This document shows positions 10,165-20,035 of a stretch of 64,000 bases of DNA, piece by piece. This DNA comes from a bacterium (GTDB taxonomy: Bacteria; Patescibacteriota; CPR2; UBA1875; JAJYID01), in contig JAJYID010000001.1 in NCBI GenBank assembly GCA_021790235.1, positions 43,131 to 107,130 of the forward strand. Reading direction: 5' to 3'. The notes under the pieces are model-generated. The model had not been told where the DNA came from. It searched no databases and saw only the letters and a list, made by a program, of their open reading frames with translations. Within the stretch, counting starts at the first letter, position 1. Each line of letters begins with the position of its first letter. Both the position numbers and the translations under genes were made by a program.

Positions 10165-11280
10165 ATGTTTATTAATTATTTAAAATTACAAAACTTCCGG
10201 TCATATAAAAGTTTAAATATTAAACTTGATGTAAATACTATTTTTATCGGTTCAAACGCTCAAGGGAAAACTAACCTGCTTGAAGCCATATTTTTGATGA
10301 CAGTTGGCAAATCTTTTCGAGGTAAAGAGCGTGACATGGTTTTTTGGGATAAGGACTTTTTCCGCATTGAAACTAAGTCTGAAAATCCTAGACCGTTAAA
10401 AGTAGAATATATTTATGAATCAGGTGTTGGTGGCGGCAGGAAAACAGTAAAGATAAATGGTGTTAAAAGGGCTAGTTCCGCTCTTTTAGACGGTCTGAAA
10501 TGCATTTTCTTTTCTCCGGATGAGATAGATATGTTTTTTAACTTTCCGGCTGAGAGACGGCGGCATTTTAATATTTTTATTTCTCAAATAAATAAAGAAT
10601 ATGCCAGAGAACTTATTAAATACAGAAAAATTTTGGATCAGCGAAACGCGCTGCTTCGTAAAATCAGTGAAAGAAAGGCAAGTATTGATGATCTGGAGTT
10701 ATGGGATGGAAAGCTGGCTGAACACGGCTCAAAAATTATTAGCGAAAGACACAAAATAGCAGATGAGCTAAATAAAACCTTGGTATGTGACTATAAAAGG
10801 GTGTCAAAAGATAAAGAACAGCTGGCACTTATCTATAACCCGGCAATATCTAGTAAAAAAAGCGCCAAGGAAAATGAAGATTTTTGGGCTGCTTTTCTAG
10901 AGATTCTTTTGAAATCCAGAGAAAGGGACTTAGCGGCTAAGGTTACTACTTCTGGCCCTCACAGGGATAATTTTTCATTCCAGTTAAAAGGTAGAGGCGT
11001 GGAGACTTTTGCTTCCAGAGGAGAGCTACGTTCTATTATTTTGGCCCTAAAGCTATCTGAGGCCAATCTTTTGAGAGAAAAAACAGGAGAACAACCAATT
11101 TTACTGCTCGATGATGTTTTTAGTGAGCTAGATGAAGATAGAAGGGAGCATTTGACCAAAACTTTTAATGGCCAGCAAACTCTGGTGACTACCAATGACT
11201 TAGATCATATTAGCGTCGATTTACGAAAAAGTTCTAGAATTTTCAAAGTGGAAGACAGCAAAGTAGAGGAACTTAAATGA
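10165..11280 (+). CDS. recF: DNA replication/repair protein RecF
   Basis: Walker A GSNAQGKTNLLEA, ABC signature and Walker B LLLDDVFSELD. Confidence 0.9.
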   Translation: MFINYLKLQNFRSYKSLNIKLDVNTIFIGSNAQGKTNLLEAIFLMTVGKSFRGKERDMVFWDKDFFRIETKSENPRPLKVEYIYESGVGGGRKTVKINGVKRASSALLDGLKCIFFSPDEIDMFFNFPAERRRHFNIFISQINKEYARELIKYRKILDQRNALLRKISERKASIDDLELWDGKLAEHGSKIISERHKIADELNKTLVCDYKRVSKDKEQLALIYNPAISSKKSAKENEDFWAAFLEILLKSRERDLAAKVTTSGPHRDNFSFQLKGRGVETFASRGELRSIILALKLSEANLLREKTGEQPILLLDDVFSELDEDRREHLTKTFNGQQTLVTTNDLDHISVDLRKSSRIFKVEDSKVEELK

Positions 11281-11561
11281 ATAATCTGGGTGATGTTTTT
11301 GAAAAAAAGCTGGCACAGCTTAGGATAAAAAAACAAATTAACGCCGCACTTATTTGTGAAGCGTTTGATAAGGCCGTCGCAGAAGTTTTCGGAGAACAGG
11401 GAGCTAAAAACGTGAAAGCCATTTCATATAAAAACAACACTTTGAAGGTTGGGGTATCATCAAGTGTTTGGGCGAGTGAGATTAATCTCAGACAACTTGA
11501 ATTGGCAGAAGATAGGAGTATGAGGTTTATATATAAGCAAGATTTACATTACCTAAGGTAA
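11277..11561 (+). CDS. DUF721 / DciA-like protein
   Basis: 94 aa ORF overlapping the recF stop by an ATGA junction. DUF721 proteins, the DciA helicase-loader family, typically sit next to dnaN-recF. Confidence 0.5.
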   Translation: MNNLGDVFEKKLAQLRIKKQINAALICEAFDKAVAEVFGEQGAKNVKAISYKNNTLKVGVSSSVWASEINLRQLELAEDRSMRFIYKQDLHYLR

Positions 11562-12058
11562 GCGGGGGTATCCCACACGATGTTTATATTTGGGTCATGG
11601 GGGTCAATACCTGTGTTTTTTAATAAATTTAAAATTTTGTCTTTATAAATTGAGGTTGGGGTTTTCAAGAAAGTTACAAAGAGAGAATTATTTATATTAT
11701 AAAGATTATAATCATTTGTTTTAATGGGCAAAGTGTCGAGAAATTTATTAAATTTTTCAACATTTGGGTCTATTAGTGTAAATTTTAAAGCGGTGTCATT
11801 TTTAAGATCCACCTCCTCATTTACTTCAGAATAACCAGCCTTAGTGATTTTCACCATATGTTTTCCGGAATTTAGCTTAAAATAAGTTGGAGACTGGCTA
11901 CTGGTTTGATTATCGATTGTTACTTTTGCATCAGATGGCTGGGTTGTTATGTAAAATTTAAACTTCTTAGGGACAAGAAAGTAAATCAAAAAACAACCAA
12001 CAATAATCATAATAATTATGAGGATGATGAATTTAAACTTGTCTATTAGTTGATGCAT
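11549..12058 (-). CDS. membrane-anchored PEGA-like domain protein
   Basis: N-terminal transmembrane helix (IILIIIMIIVGCFLIYFLV) followed by a beta-rich PEGA-like segment (AKVTIDNQ...GKHMVKITKAGYSEVNEEVDL). Confidence 0.45.
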   Translation of the reverse strand: MHQLIDKFKFIILIIIMIIVGCFLIYFLVPKKFKFYITTQPSDAKVTIDNQTSSQSPTYFKLNSGKHMVKITKAGYSEVNEEVDLKNDTALKFTLIDPNVEKFNKFLDTLPIKTNDYNLYNINNSLFVTFLKTPTSIYKDKILNLLKNTGIDPHDPNINIVWDTPAYLR

Positions 12059-12082
12059 TTGAATATATTAAAATATAGGTTT

Positions 12083-14650
12083 TTATTTTTTACAACTAAA
12101 GGCATCTCCGTAACCATTATTATTTAAATAGTTGAGAGGCATTGAGTAAGTTTTGGTCATACTGGTATGGTTGTTATTATCAGAAGAGGGTGAGTACTTT
12201 TCAAGGTAAGCATCAAATGATAGTGGACCCGCTTTACACTCTGTGCATGATCCGTTTGGATTTACATAAACATCGTATATGTAAGCTGCCTGTCCGTAAA
12301 GGCTGTCCTTCCAGCTTGCGTAACTATACCATTTCCTCCCATTTACCATACAGCCTGGTTGACTTGCAGTTGCAGTTCTTCCGAAAGCATTATGACCTTC
12401 AGCGCAAGGAATGGCTGTGCCTAAAGATGATTCTGTCATTGCTTCTCCAATAAGTATTAAAGGGTTGATATTGTTTTCTTGAGCAGCTTGAACAAAATCC
12501 AACCCCATGCCTTTATATGGGGAGTCGATACCGGTACTTTCTATAAAAGCATTGATACCCTGAGCCATTTTATCTGGGTCAGTAATATTTGCTGAACCGC
12601 CCGCCGGTGATAAGCAATCAGGCCCGGCTTCACCACTTCCTCCACATTTCAAATCCTTATCTGCCAAAGAAACTAGGCCTGACATAATATTGATAAACTT
12701 TTCTTCATTTAGGGTGTTGCCATTGAGTACATTCCACTTTCTCACAAATCCTATGTCGTACTGGTCTTCTATGAAAATGAGGTTCGATAGATCTATGGAG
12801 TTAGCTAAAGACCCAAGACCTTGGGTGTCTCCACCCAAGGAGTGGATAGTATAATCCTGCGCATAAGTGTCTTTTATTCTCTCTGCTTCGTTGTAAACCA
12901 TGGCTTCATCCATCTTGTGTTGGGGATTGAACTCATACCAAAGACCACCTTCACGATCAGCGCAAGTAGGGATTTTTATCTCATCTTTTAAGGGTCGGTT
13001 AGGGTCAATAGGTGGTTTTTGCTTCCAAGGGTTCCCGCAGTCAAGTATGGCTGGATCGCTAAGTGTCCCCATGTTAGTAGTTGCACCTGAGATTGCTAAA
13101 AGTATCAGCGGATTAATTTGTTCTCCTCCATCAAGTTCGCTGGCACTCACAAAAAGCGCCCCGGGATCATTCCCGTTTAGGTGGTTAAAAGGTGAAGTTG
13201 GATACTTCTGTTTCAAATATTTATTAATGGCATCAATAAGTTCAAGACGATTTTGTCCTGATGTAGGAGCATCTTTTGCCTTGCTTTCTTCAAAATCTAC
13301 TCCCCACATACCCATACAGCCCATTCTTGCCTCAAGTTTTGTATATTGGTCGCAATATTTGCAAATGTTTGAGTTTAATAAACATATCTGGTTAGATGTG
13401 TTAGAGTTGGATGTACTTGACGGAAGACCTGTTCTTATATCGTTTAGTTTGCTATACAAATTAGTACCAGGACAGGATGTATTATTCATATCTGTATGTG
13501 CTCCATCGTGATTGTCATCGATATTTCCACAACCACTGCCTGTGCATTTATAGTCCTTATGCCCGGCGATATTGGGGCTAGAGATTGTTGGATGTCCCTC
13601 TGTCCCCGGGAATGCGTCGTTGCCTTGAAGATCAATATGGTATGTTTCATTTAACCAAAGAATGAGATTTCTTGCTGCAGCCATACTTGCTTCACTGGGC
13701 TCGGCATTTTCATAATTTCCCATAATGGCTATTCCAATACTTCCGACGTTGTAGCCCTTAGTATGCCCCCCGACTACATTCATACCACCGGCACGACCTT
13801 CATAAATATTACCCTGCTTGTCTATTACATAGTTGTAACCAATATCTCCCCAGCCCCTTTTAATATGTTCCTGCCAGATACCCCGCATGTCTGCTTTCGG
13901 GTCGTTTGTTGTAGTTGAAGCAGTATGATGGATAATGTATTTTTTAGCCGGTGAGTACTGAGGGGCCCAGTTAGGTGATGATTCGCCATCAGGGCAACCC
14001 CAATCAGTCCTGGAAATAATATGGGGGCTTTGCGGATTATCAGCGTTTGCGATCGGAAAAATCAATAGTCTGCCCAAAAAACTTTCAACCTTTTTTAAAA
14101 TGCCGCTTCTGGTATCCATGTAGTAGAGATTTATATTTTTCAGTATCGGGCTTAAACTTGTGTTAGAAGTTTTAAGCACAATTTTATATTGGATCTGGTT
14201 ACCGGTATAGAAAAATGGGGCTTCAGGGCTTAGTTTTTGATTTGCAGTTCCATCTTTTTCTCCGGTATCCCCTTCTATTTTTTGCCAGTTGCTCCATTTG
14301 CCGTTCTCCCCCAGTCTTAGATATAATTCTAAGCTTGTACCTTGGGGTGTTTCTTGTTGCCAGTATGGAGCCACCCCACTGAATTCAAAACTGGTGGTAA
14401 AGACTTTTGATTTGTATATTCTCTCAGGGTTAAAAGACCCGGCGGCATTTTTATCTAGAGAAATATTTTTATCTGTTTGGTCTTCTTTTATGGTTGATGT
14501 TTTGAAGACTTTAGTGGATGTTTGAGTAGAAGAAGCAGTTTTCTGTTGTTTCGTTTTAATGAAAGAAAGGCCTGTGGCAACAGCCAATAAGAAAAGTGCC
14601 AAGAGGACGGAGGTAAACATTAAAAATCTTTTTTTTGATGTTATTTCCAT
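12083..14650 (-). CDS. secreted multidomain peptidoglycan hydrolase (Amidase_2/PGRP domain + GH73 glucosaminidase-like domain)
   Basis: N-terminal signal/transmembrane segment. Central region YIIHHTAS...GWGDIGYNYVIDKQGNIYEGRAGG...GGHTKGYNVGSIGIAIMGNY is an Amidase_2/PGRP fold. The C-terminal region INPLILIGEAMTESSLGT...HNAFGRTA...YSYASWKDSLYGQAAYI follows the FlgJ/GH73 pattern. A Cys-rich linker separates the two. Confidence 0.6.
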   Translation of the reverse strand: MEITSKKRFLMFTSVLLALFLLAVATGLSFIKTKQQKTASSTQTSTKVFKTSTIKEDQTDKNISLDKNAAGSFNPERIYKSKVFTTSFEFSGVAPYWQQETPQGTSLELYLRLGENGKWSNWQKIEGDTGEKDGTANQKLSPEAPFFYTGNQIQYKIVLKTSNTSLSPILKNINLYYMDTRSGILKKVESFLGRLLIFPIANADNPQSPHIISRTDWGCPDGESSPNWAPQYSPAKKYIIHHTASTTTNDPKADMRGIWQEHIKRGWGDIGYNYVIDKQGNIYEGRAGGMNVVGGHTKGYNVGSIGIAIMGNYENAEPSEASMAAARNLILWLNETYHIDLQGNDAFPGTEGHPTISSPNIAGHKDYKCTGSGCGNIDDNHDGAHTDMNNTSCPGTNLYSKLNDIRTGLPSSTSNSNTSNQICLLNSNICKYCDQYTKLEARMGCMGMWGVDFEESKAKDAPTSGQNRLELIDAINKYLKQKYPTSPFNHLNGNDPGALFVSASELDGGEQINPLILLAISGATTNMGTLSDPAILDCGNPWKQKPPIDPNRPLKDEIKIPTCADREGGLWYEFNPQHKMDEAMVYNEAERIKDTYAQDYTIHSLGGDTQGLGSLANSIDLSNLIFIEDQYDIGFVRKWNVLNGNTLNEEKFINIMSGLVSLADKDLKCGGSGEAGPDCLSPAGGSANITDPDKMAQGINAFIESTGIDSPYKGMGLDFVQAAQENNINPLILIGEAMTESSLGTAIPCAEGHNAFGRTATASQPGCMVNGRKWYSYASWKDSLYGQAAYIYDVYVNPNGSCTECKAGPLSFDAYLEKYSPSSDNNNHTSMTKTYSMPLNYLNNNGYGDAFSCKK

Positions 14651-14659
14651 TTTTTACTT

Positions 14660-15250
14660 TTAAAATTTGTTATCGTAAACCCAATTTATTTTTAAACTTT
14701 GAGGATCGGCCGCCCCATGGTCGCTAAACCACTTGTACACTTCTGCTTTTGACTGCGCCTCACGTTCCCTGAAAATATAAACATGCATTGTCCCATCTTC
14801 ATAAGGTGCACTTATATAGTAGTCTTTTGCTTGGACAGGCAGCTGGGATGCATACGGATATGCATCGTTATAATCATTAACCTTTTTTGCAACTTCAGCT
14901 GGACTTTGCATATAACCTCCCCCTGTTCCTATTGCTTCAGGGGGGAGGATCGAGAGAGAGTAGTTTAGACTGACAGATTTTTTTAGAGGAGCAATTGAAA
15001 ATGAAGTTTTCAGGTTTTTATAGTCTTTGTGTGATATTTCAATGTTGAAAGTTCCTGATTTAAGTTCAATAGTGGCAGGTGTTTTGCCGGTGATATCTCC
15101 TATCTTAAAACTTGCTGACGATGGAGAGGAGATAATAGTCACCTTTTTCTTTGTCTGGCCTTCTAAAAATAAAAGTATTAAAAGGAAGCATATAAGAGTT
15201 ATGCTGATTAAAGAGGCAATAATAATGAATTTCTTATTATGGGTGTACAT
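14660..15250 (-). CDS. membrane-anchored PEGA-like domain protein
   Basis: N-terminal transmembrane helix followed by a PEGA-like segment (ASFKIGDITGKTPATIELKSGTFNIEISHKDYKNLK). Paralogous in architecture to the 11549..12058 protein. Confidence 0.45.
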   Translation of the reverse strand: MYTHNKKFIIIASLISITLICFLLILLFLEGQTKKKVTIISSPSSASFKIGDITGKTPATIELKSGTFNIEISHKDYKNLKTSFSIAPLKKSVSLNYSLSILPPEAIGTGGGYMQSPAEVAKKVNDYNDAYPYASQLPVQAKDYYISAPYEDGTMHVYIFREREAQSKAEVYKWFSDHGAADPQSLKINWVYDNKF

Positions 15251-16814
15251 AAAAATATGCTCCGCTTGGATCTATGCTTTGTAAATGGCTGACAGTGATA
15301 ATATATGGGTCGGGGCCGTTTGGGTATGGATCATTGACGGTAATATTGTCACCCTTTTTTGAGTCCAGCACAATAAAGTGGCCGCCATACATATTAGTTG
15401 AAGCGATGATCGGTTCGTTCCCTTTCTCTATGCGTTGCATGGCTTCACTAAATCCGATTTGTGATGAACCCATATTGTAGTATTTACTTGCAACATCAGG
15501 GAATAAGCTCCATTTAGACCCCCCGTCTACTTCATTTAAAGCTACGCCTTGTTTAGCTACCTGTCCGGGGTCAGTATTTTGGCCGTAATATGCTAGGACC
15601 ATAGCCAAAGAAGTCGGGCCACAACCCCATGCACACACAGTGGCACCATATGTGTTATTTGCCCATCTTGGATCGCATTGACTAAAAAGTGGGACCTTAC
15701 TTAATGGGCTACCCGGATTCGGAGAAGCGCTTGGGTTGCGGAAAAGATCCTCAAGTGAACAAGCTGTATTATAACCCTCGGTAGATGTTTCATTTTTATA
15801 CCAGCCCAAAACTCCCAGACGATTTCTATATCCATCAGCATCGAAGCCGTCCCAGAGCCAATGACTATTATTGTAATAGTCAAATTTATCTTTTAGATAT
15901 CGATCGGTGAAACATTGCTCTTGTGATTCCTTTTTAACGTACAAACAATGGTAGTTGCTAATGTATTCTTCGGCAATGCCCACGGGATATTGGCCATCAG
16001 GCCTTATTTTGTTTTGATAATTTCCATCCTCATCAGGTATAAGTTTACCGCTAGGGTCTCTTAGGGCATTGGCTGTTTGAAGCTCTTGGCCAATTTTTTC
16101 TAAGCGGTCTTTTACGTTACCCTGCCCTCCCACATCTTCCATAAAACAGTCATAGCAGTTTTGGAGCCCCGCATCTTCTATGTTGCGAAAATCTATGGCT
16201 GCGATCATTTCCCAGGGTACGCCAGTTTTCTGGCCTGCTTTTCTGACTACTCTACCATAACATCCAGCATCATTATTGCCTTCATCAAGGGTTTTTGTTA
16301 CAACCTTCCCTTCCTTATTATGGGTTGTGATGACACCTGAAGTTTTGAGAGCATCTTCAGACCATTGAGGAATCTGAGTAACTGTACATATATTATTGGA
16401 GTTTCCCGGGCCCTTACCTCCAAATACGTTATAAACTTTAGAAGCGGCACCTGTCACAACGTCTATAGTATAATGTTTGAACATTCCGATTGTACCTTCC
16501 ACTAGCGCAAAGGGGCCAAAAATTATCGGTACCCATATCGAAACAATTATACTTAAGATGATGGCACCGCCTAAAATAATTTCTACCCATCTTCTTCTAA
16601 TGACCTCCAGCGCATTTTTTACAGCCCCGAAAACATTGCCTTCAGCGGCCTCGGCAGCAGCCATTCCGGCTTGTGCAACATCTGCGCCAACTTTACCCCC
16701 GGCTTTTTCACCAACTTCTCGAGCCTTATTACCGGCTGTATCCCCTGAGGCAATTGGGTTTTTCCCTTTCTTTCTGAGTTTCCGCAGATTTTGATCGTCA
16801 TATGTATTTGCCAT
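15237..16814 (-). CDS. VirB1-like membrane-anchored cell-wall hydrolase (C39-like/CHAP-like papain-fold peptidase domain)
   Basis: Single transmembrane helix around residues 80-110. The C-terminal domain motif QCDPRWANNTYGATVCAWGCGPTSLAMVLAYYG ... GGHFIVL has the Cys/His arrangement of Peptidase_C39_2 / CHAP cell-wall hydrolases. Its position next to VirB4 is typical of T4SS-associated hydrolases. Confidence 0.5.
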   Translation of the reverse strand: MANTYDDQNLRKLRKKGKNPIASGDTAGNKAREVGEKAGGKVGADVAQAGMAAAEAAEGNVFGAVKNALEVIRRRWVEIILGGAIILSIIVSIWVPIIFGPFALVEGTIGMFKHYTIDVVTGAASKVYNVFGGKGPGNSNNICTVTQIPQWSEDALKTSGVITTHNKEGKVVTKTLDEGNNDAGCYGRVVRKAGQKTGVPWEMIAAIDFRNIEDAGLQNCYDCFMEDVGGQGNVKDRLEKIGQELQTANALRDPSGKLIPDEDGNYQNKIRPDGQYPVGIAEEYISNYHCLYVKKESQEQCFTDRYLKDKFDYYNNSHWLWDGFDADGYRNRLGVLGWYKNETSTEGYNTACSLEDLFRNPSASPNPGSPLSKVPLFSQCDPRWANNTYGATVCAWGCGPTSLAMVLAYYGQNTDPGQVAKQGVALNEVDGGSKWSLFPDVASKYYNMGSSQIGFSEAMQRIEKGNEPIIASTNMYGGHFIVLDSKKGDNITVNDPYPNGPDPYIITVSHLQSIDPSGAYFYVHP

Positions 16815-18625
16815 TACTCTTCCTCATATTCTTCCTCAAGTTCTTTTAACTGCTCAGGGTCTGTAGTTACAAGCTCGTCTTCTGTTTCAGAACGGATGAC
16901 TTGTATAATAGCGTGGTTAAGACCGGCAATAAAGAGCCCCTCTCCTGTTTCACAGCTAAGCAGAAAGTTTCTCTCCGCATCAGTAAGGTCAAAGACTTCT
17001 TTAATTAAATCTGCTTGAGACGGGTGTTGTTTTAAGAGCAGTGATAAGGAGGCATTTGATATTAGAGGCTTGCCGTACTCGCTTTTTAGAAAATCTCCTA
17101 TATCCTGGCCAATTACAGTTGTGCCAAGATAATATTTTCTTCCCCTTTTTGCCACAGAATATAAAAACTGCGCAGAGTCTTCATATTTCATGAGCATCCA
17201 GGCCTCGTCGACCACTAAAAGGCGCTTCCTTTTATCACTTTTTACCTTGGTCCAGATGAAGTTTAAGGTAGAATACATAGCGATCGGACGCAGATCTTCT
17301 TCAAGGTCGCGGATGGAGAAACAGACAAAACGATTTGCTAGTGATACATTTGTATAATCATTGAAAAGTCCTGAAAAAGTACCGTCTGTAAACTTATTTA
17401 GCCTTAAGGCCATACTTTCACCTCCCGGCATACTTTCTAGTACGTTTTTTAGATCAGACATCAGTGGTGGGGTCAGGTGGTGGGTTGCAGGGTCTTCAGT
17501 AATGCCTTTTGCGGCATAAGTCTCGACTAAAGCTTTGTCTAAAATGTTTTTTTCTTCATCTGTAAGGTCTCCGAGCATTACTCTCAAAAGTCCGTTTAAT
17601 ATAATTATATTGCTGCGAAGAGCATCTCGCTGATCCTCGAAGTCAGAGACATTTTGGGGAAGATCAAAAGGGTTCAATATTTGTTCTGAGTTTAGATGGA
17701 TGTTAATGTATGAACCACCAACCGCCTCACAAAGTTCTTCAAACTCCTTTTCGGGGTCGATCACAATAGCATCAGCATCAAACATCAGTTGTCTGAGAAT
17801 CTCAAGTTTTGCCGCATAGGATTTACCAGCGCCCGATGTAGCGAGGATGACTGAATTATAGTTTTGCAGCTTAAAACGATCAAAAATAATTAGACTGTTA
17901 TTAATCTTGTTTGCACCGTAGAGAATTCCTTCATTGTTTGTAAGGGTGGAGGAAACAAAAGGAAAAGATACAGAGACTGCTTCAGTGTCCATATTTCTAT
18001 TTATAGAAAGTTCATCTTTACCCATGGGCAGACAAGTGTTAAAACCTTGTTCCATCTGAAGGTTTGCATGTTTAGTAAAGACCATATGGATGCCAAAAAG
18101 ATTTTCTAAGCTTTGAGTATCTTCATTTAACTTATCAAGGCTGTCGGCATATATTGTTACATAGATACCTTGCTGAAACATCTTTGCCAGACCGGTAGTG
18201 ATATTGTCCCTTAAATCTTCAATATCGGCGTAAGTTGCCTCGAGAAATGGGTTGCGAGTCAGGCCTTTCTCTGCCTCCATGACTAGAGATGATTCAACTT
18301 GTGAAGACTTAGATCTCAGCTTCTTTAGGGTTGACTCGGTATTTTGTGGATAGATATGCATCGAAAGATCTAAAATAATATCCACATTTATAATTTCAGA
18401 AAGCCAGCCAGAGTTTAAAAAACGAGGATATTCATAAACGAAAAGGGTCCTGGCGAAGGTATCGCCCAGTTTAATATAATCAAAAGTCACTTCAAAAGAT
18501 GAGGGCGATATCATATCACGAATGGACATTATACCGGCACGAAATGCTTGCATCTGATTTTGCTTTTGAATTTCCTCAGGCGTTAAAGGCTGTTTCTTTT
18601 TGATTAAAAAATCTAAAATACTCAT
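16814..18625 (-). CDS. VirB4/TrbE-family T4SS ATPase, C-terminal (ATPase) portion
   Basis: Walker A ILATSGAGKSY and Walker B RLLVVDEAWMLM. The N-proximal FEVTFDYIKLGDTFARTLFV motif is typical of Gram-positive-type VirB4 homologues. Confidence 0.8.
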   Translation of the reverse strand: MSILDFLIKKKQPLTPEEIQKQNQMQAFRAGIMSIRDMISPSSFEVTFDYIKLGDTFARTLFVYEYPRFLNSGWLSEIINVDIILDLSMHIYPQNTESTLKKLRSKSSQVESSLVMEAEKGLTRNPFLEATYADIEDLRDNITTGLAKMFQQGIYVTIYADSLDKLNEDTQSLENLFGIHMVFTKHANLQMEQGFNTCLPMGKDELSINRNMDTEAVSVSFPFVSSTLTNNEGILYGANKINNSLIIFDRFKLQNYNSVILATSGAGKSYAAKLEILRQLMFDADAIVIDPEKEFEELCEAVGGSYINIHLNSEQILNPFDLPQNVSDFEDQRDALRSNIIILNGLLRVMLGDLTDEEKNILDKALVETYAAKGITEDPATHHLTPPLMSDLKNVLESMPGGESMALRLNKFTDGTFSGLFNDYTNVSLANRFVCFSIRDLEEDLRPIAMYSTLNFIWTKVKSDKRKRLLVVDEAWMLMKYEDSAQFLYSVAKRGRKYYLGTTVIGQDIGDFLKSEYGKPLISNASLSLLLKQHPSQADLIKEVFDLTDAERNFLLSCETGEGLFIAGLNHAIIQVIRSETEDELVTTDPEQLKELEEEYEEE

Positions 18626-18653
18626 TTTTTATTGCTAACAACTTTATAATTTA

Positions 18654-19379
18654 TCAAATATTGTTCTCCACATCTTCTCTTTTAGAAATATATTGCGCCC
18701 CTAGCTGATCCAAATGTTTTATATGTTCATGTCCGGCAGTTTCGGGATTATAACAAGCATAAAAAAGTTCTATTAAGGCTTCTGTGGGCAAAGGTGTGGA
18801 AGTGAGCCCAACTTCTGCTAAGGTGGACATTGTGACTTCTGCCCTTTGTCGCAACTGTTTCAAACCATTTTCATAACTTTCATTCGTTGCGCTTGGATGG
18901 CTCGTCTTTTTTAGCCCTAAGTATGAAAGTAGACCTTTTGAGCTGCTCTCAAGCACATTTGGATAATAAGGAACAATAACAAAGAATCTTTTGTCCATTA
19001 CATTCACACTAGACAGGATGTCTTCTAGAAAGTCTATATAATCTTCGGTTTGTTCTTTTAAGAGAGAATTTTTTTGTTTTGTTGCCTCTTTTTTTAGTGT
19101 GGCAAGGTAAGAAGTGAGGTCGACTTTTCTAGATTGAACTAGAAACTGAAGAGGGAAGCTCACGGAATTTAGGGCGCTTTCATACATATCCATAACGGTG
19201 TTTTGTTCTTCTTCGGAACGAAGTGCCAGATTTATGCTAGAAACCATGATGACTACATGGAGTGAACCATCTTTTAGAATCAAGGTGTCGTCTTTGATTT
19301 GATCAATTTCCAAAAATCTTTGAGTGCTCTCAAAGTGTTGTTTATTGCTATGTGTTGATTTTTTGTTGAAAGGGAACAT
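18654..19379 (-). CDS. VirB4-family N-terminal domain protein (separate ORF; split or frameshifted virB4)
   Basis: 241 aa with a VirB4 N-domain-like pattern (FLEIDQIKDDTLILKDGSLHVVIMVSSINL...). It ends 28 nt upstream of the ATPase ORF in a different reading frame. The two ORFs together total 844 aa, the size of a full VirB4. Confidence 0.5.
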   Translation of the reverse strand: MFPFNKKSTHSNKQHFESTQRFLEIDQIKDDTLILKDGSLHVVIMVSSINLALRSEEEQNTVMDMYESALNSVSFPLQFLVQSRKVDLTSYLATLKKEATKQKNSLLKEQTEDYIDFLEDILSSVNVMDKRFFVIVPYYPNVLESSSKGLLSYLGLKKTSHPSATNESYENGLKQLRQRAEVTMSTLAEVGLTSTPLPTEALIELFYACYNPETAGHEHIKHLDQLGAQYISKREDVENNI

Positions 19380-20029
19380 TATTCTTCTTCTATTTTATAG
19401 CCAGTTATATCCGGTTTTTTATAATTATATTTTTTTGCCGGGTTTATGGATGCCATTTCTGAGATAAGAGGCTCTTTCCCTGGCTGTTTTGCCTCGACTT
19501 TCTTTCGAGCATCTTCAAGGCTTTGGTCAATCACGGCATCTCCTTTGTCAAAAACTGTTTCTGCTTTTATTTCATTTACTTTATTTTGTAAGCCGTAAGC
19601 TCCACCGGTGTCTACCATGAGGGATATTTTTTCTATTTCTCCTTCCGCGTTTTCAAGAGGTGCCTTTGGTGGCAAGTTTTGCCCCTGTATGGTATCAGAT
19701 TTTACCTGATCTGTCTGTGGCTTTGAACCTTGATCATTTTCTTTTTTCCAGACTCTCTGCCTCGGTTTTGAAATAAAAATGGCAAAAGGGATAATGTGGG
19801 TATAAACAGGCCTGCCATTATAAGGTACAAAACATATTAGAAGAGAAAAAGATCCGAAAAAGGCTCCGATTATTACTGCAGTTATAGTAGACATACCAAG
19901 ATTCATAAGAAGCGCCATGACTATTACGGTGACTACAACAGCGACAAAGACAAAACCAAACTGTTTTAAGGTGAATGGCCCTATAATTTTGTCTTCAACG
20001 TTCATTTCTTGGGGTATTTTATGCTGCAT
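19379..20029 (-). CDS. VirB3/PrgI-like small T4SS membrane protein
   Basis: N-terminal KIIGPFTLKQFGFVFVAVVV plus a second transmembrane helix fits the PrgI-family hallmark. It sits directly upstream of virB4. Start and stop codons abut the neighbouring genes. Confidence 0.5.
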   Translation of the reverse strand: MQHKIPQEMNVEDKIIGPFTLKQFGFVFVAVVVTVIVMALLMNLGMSTITAVIIGAFFGSFSLLICFVPYNGRPVYTHIIPFAIFISKPRQRVWKKENDQGSKPQTDQVKSDTIQGQNLPPKAPLENAEGEIEKISLMVDTGGAYGLQNKVNEIKAETVFDKGDAVIDQSLEDARKKVEAKQPGKEPLISEMASINPAKKYNYKKPDITGYKIEEE

Positions 20030-20035
20030 AACTTA

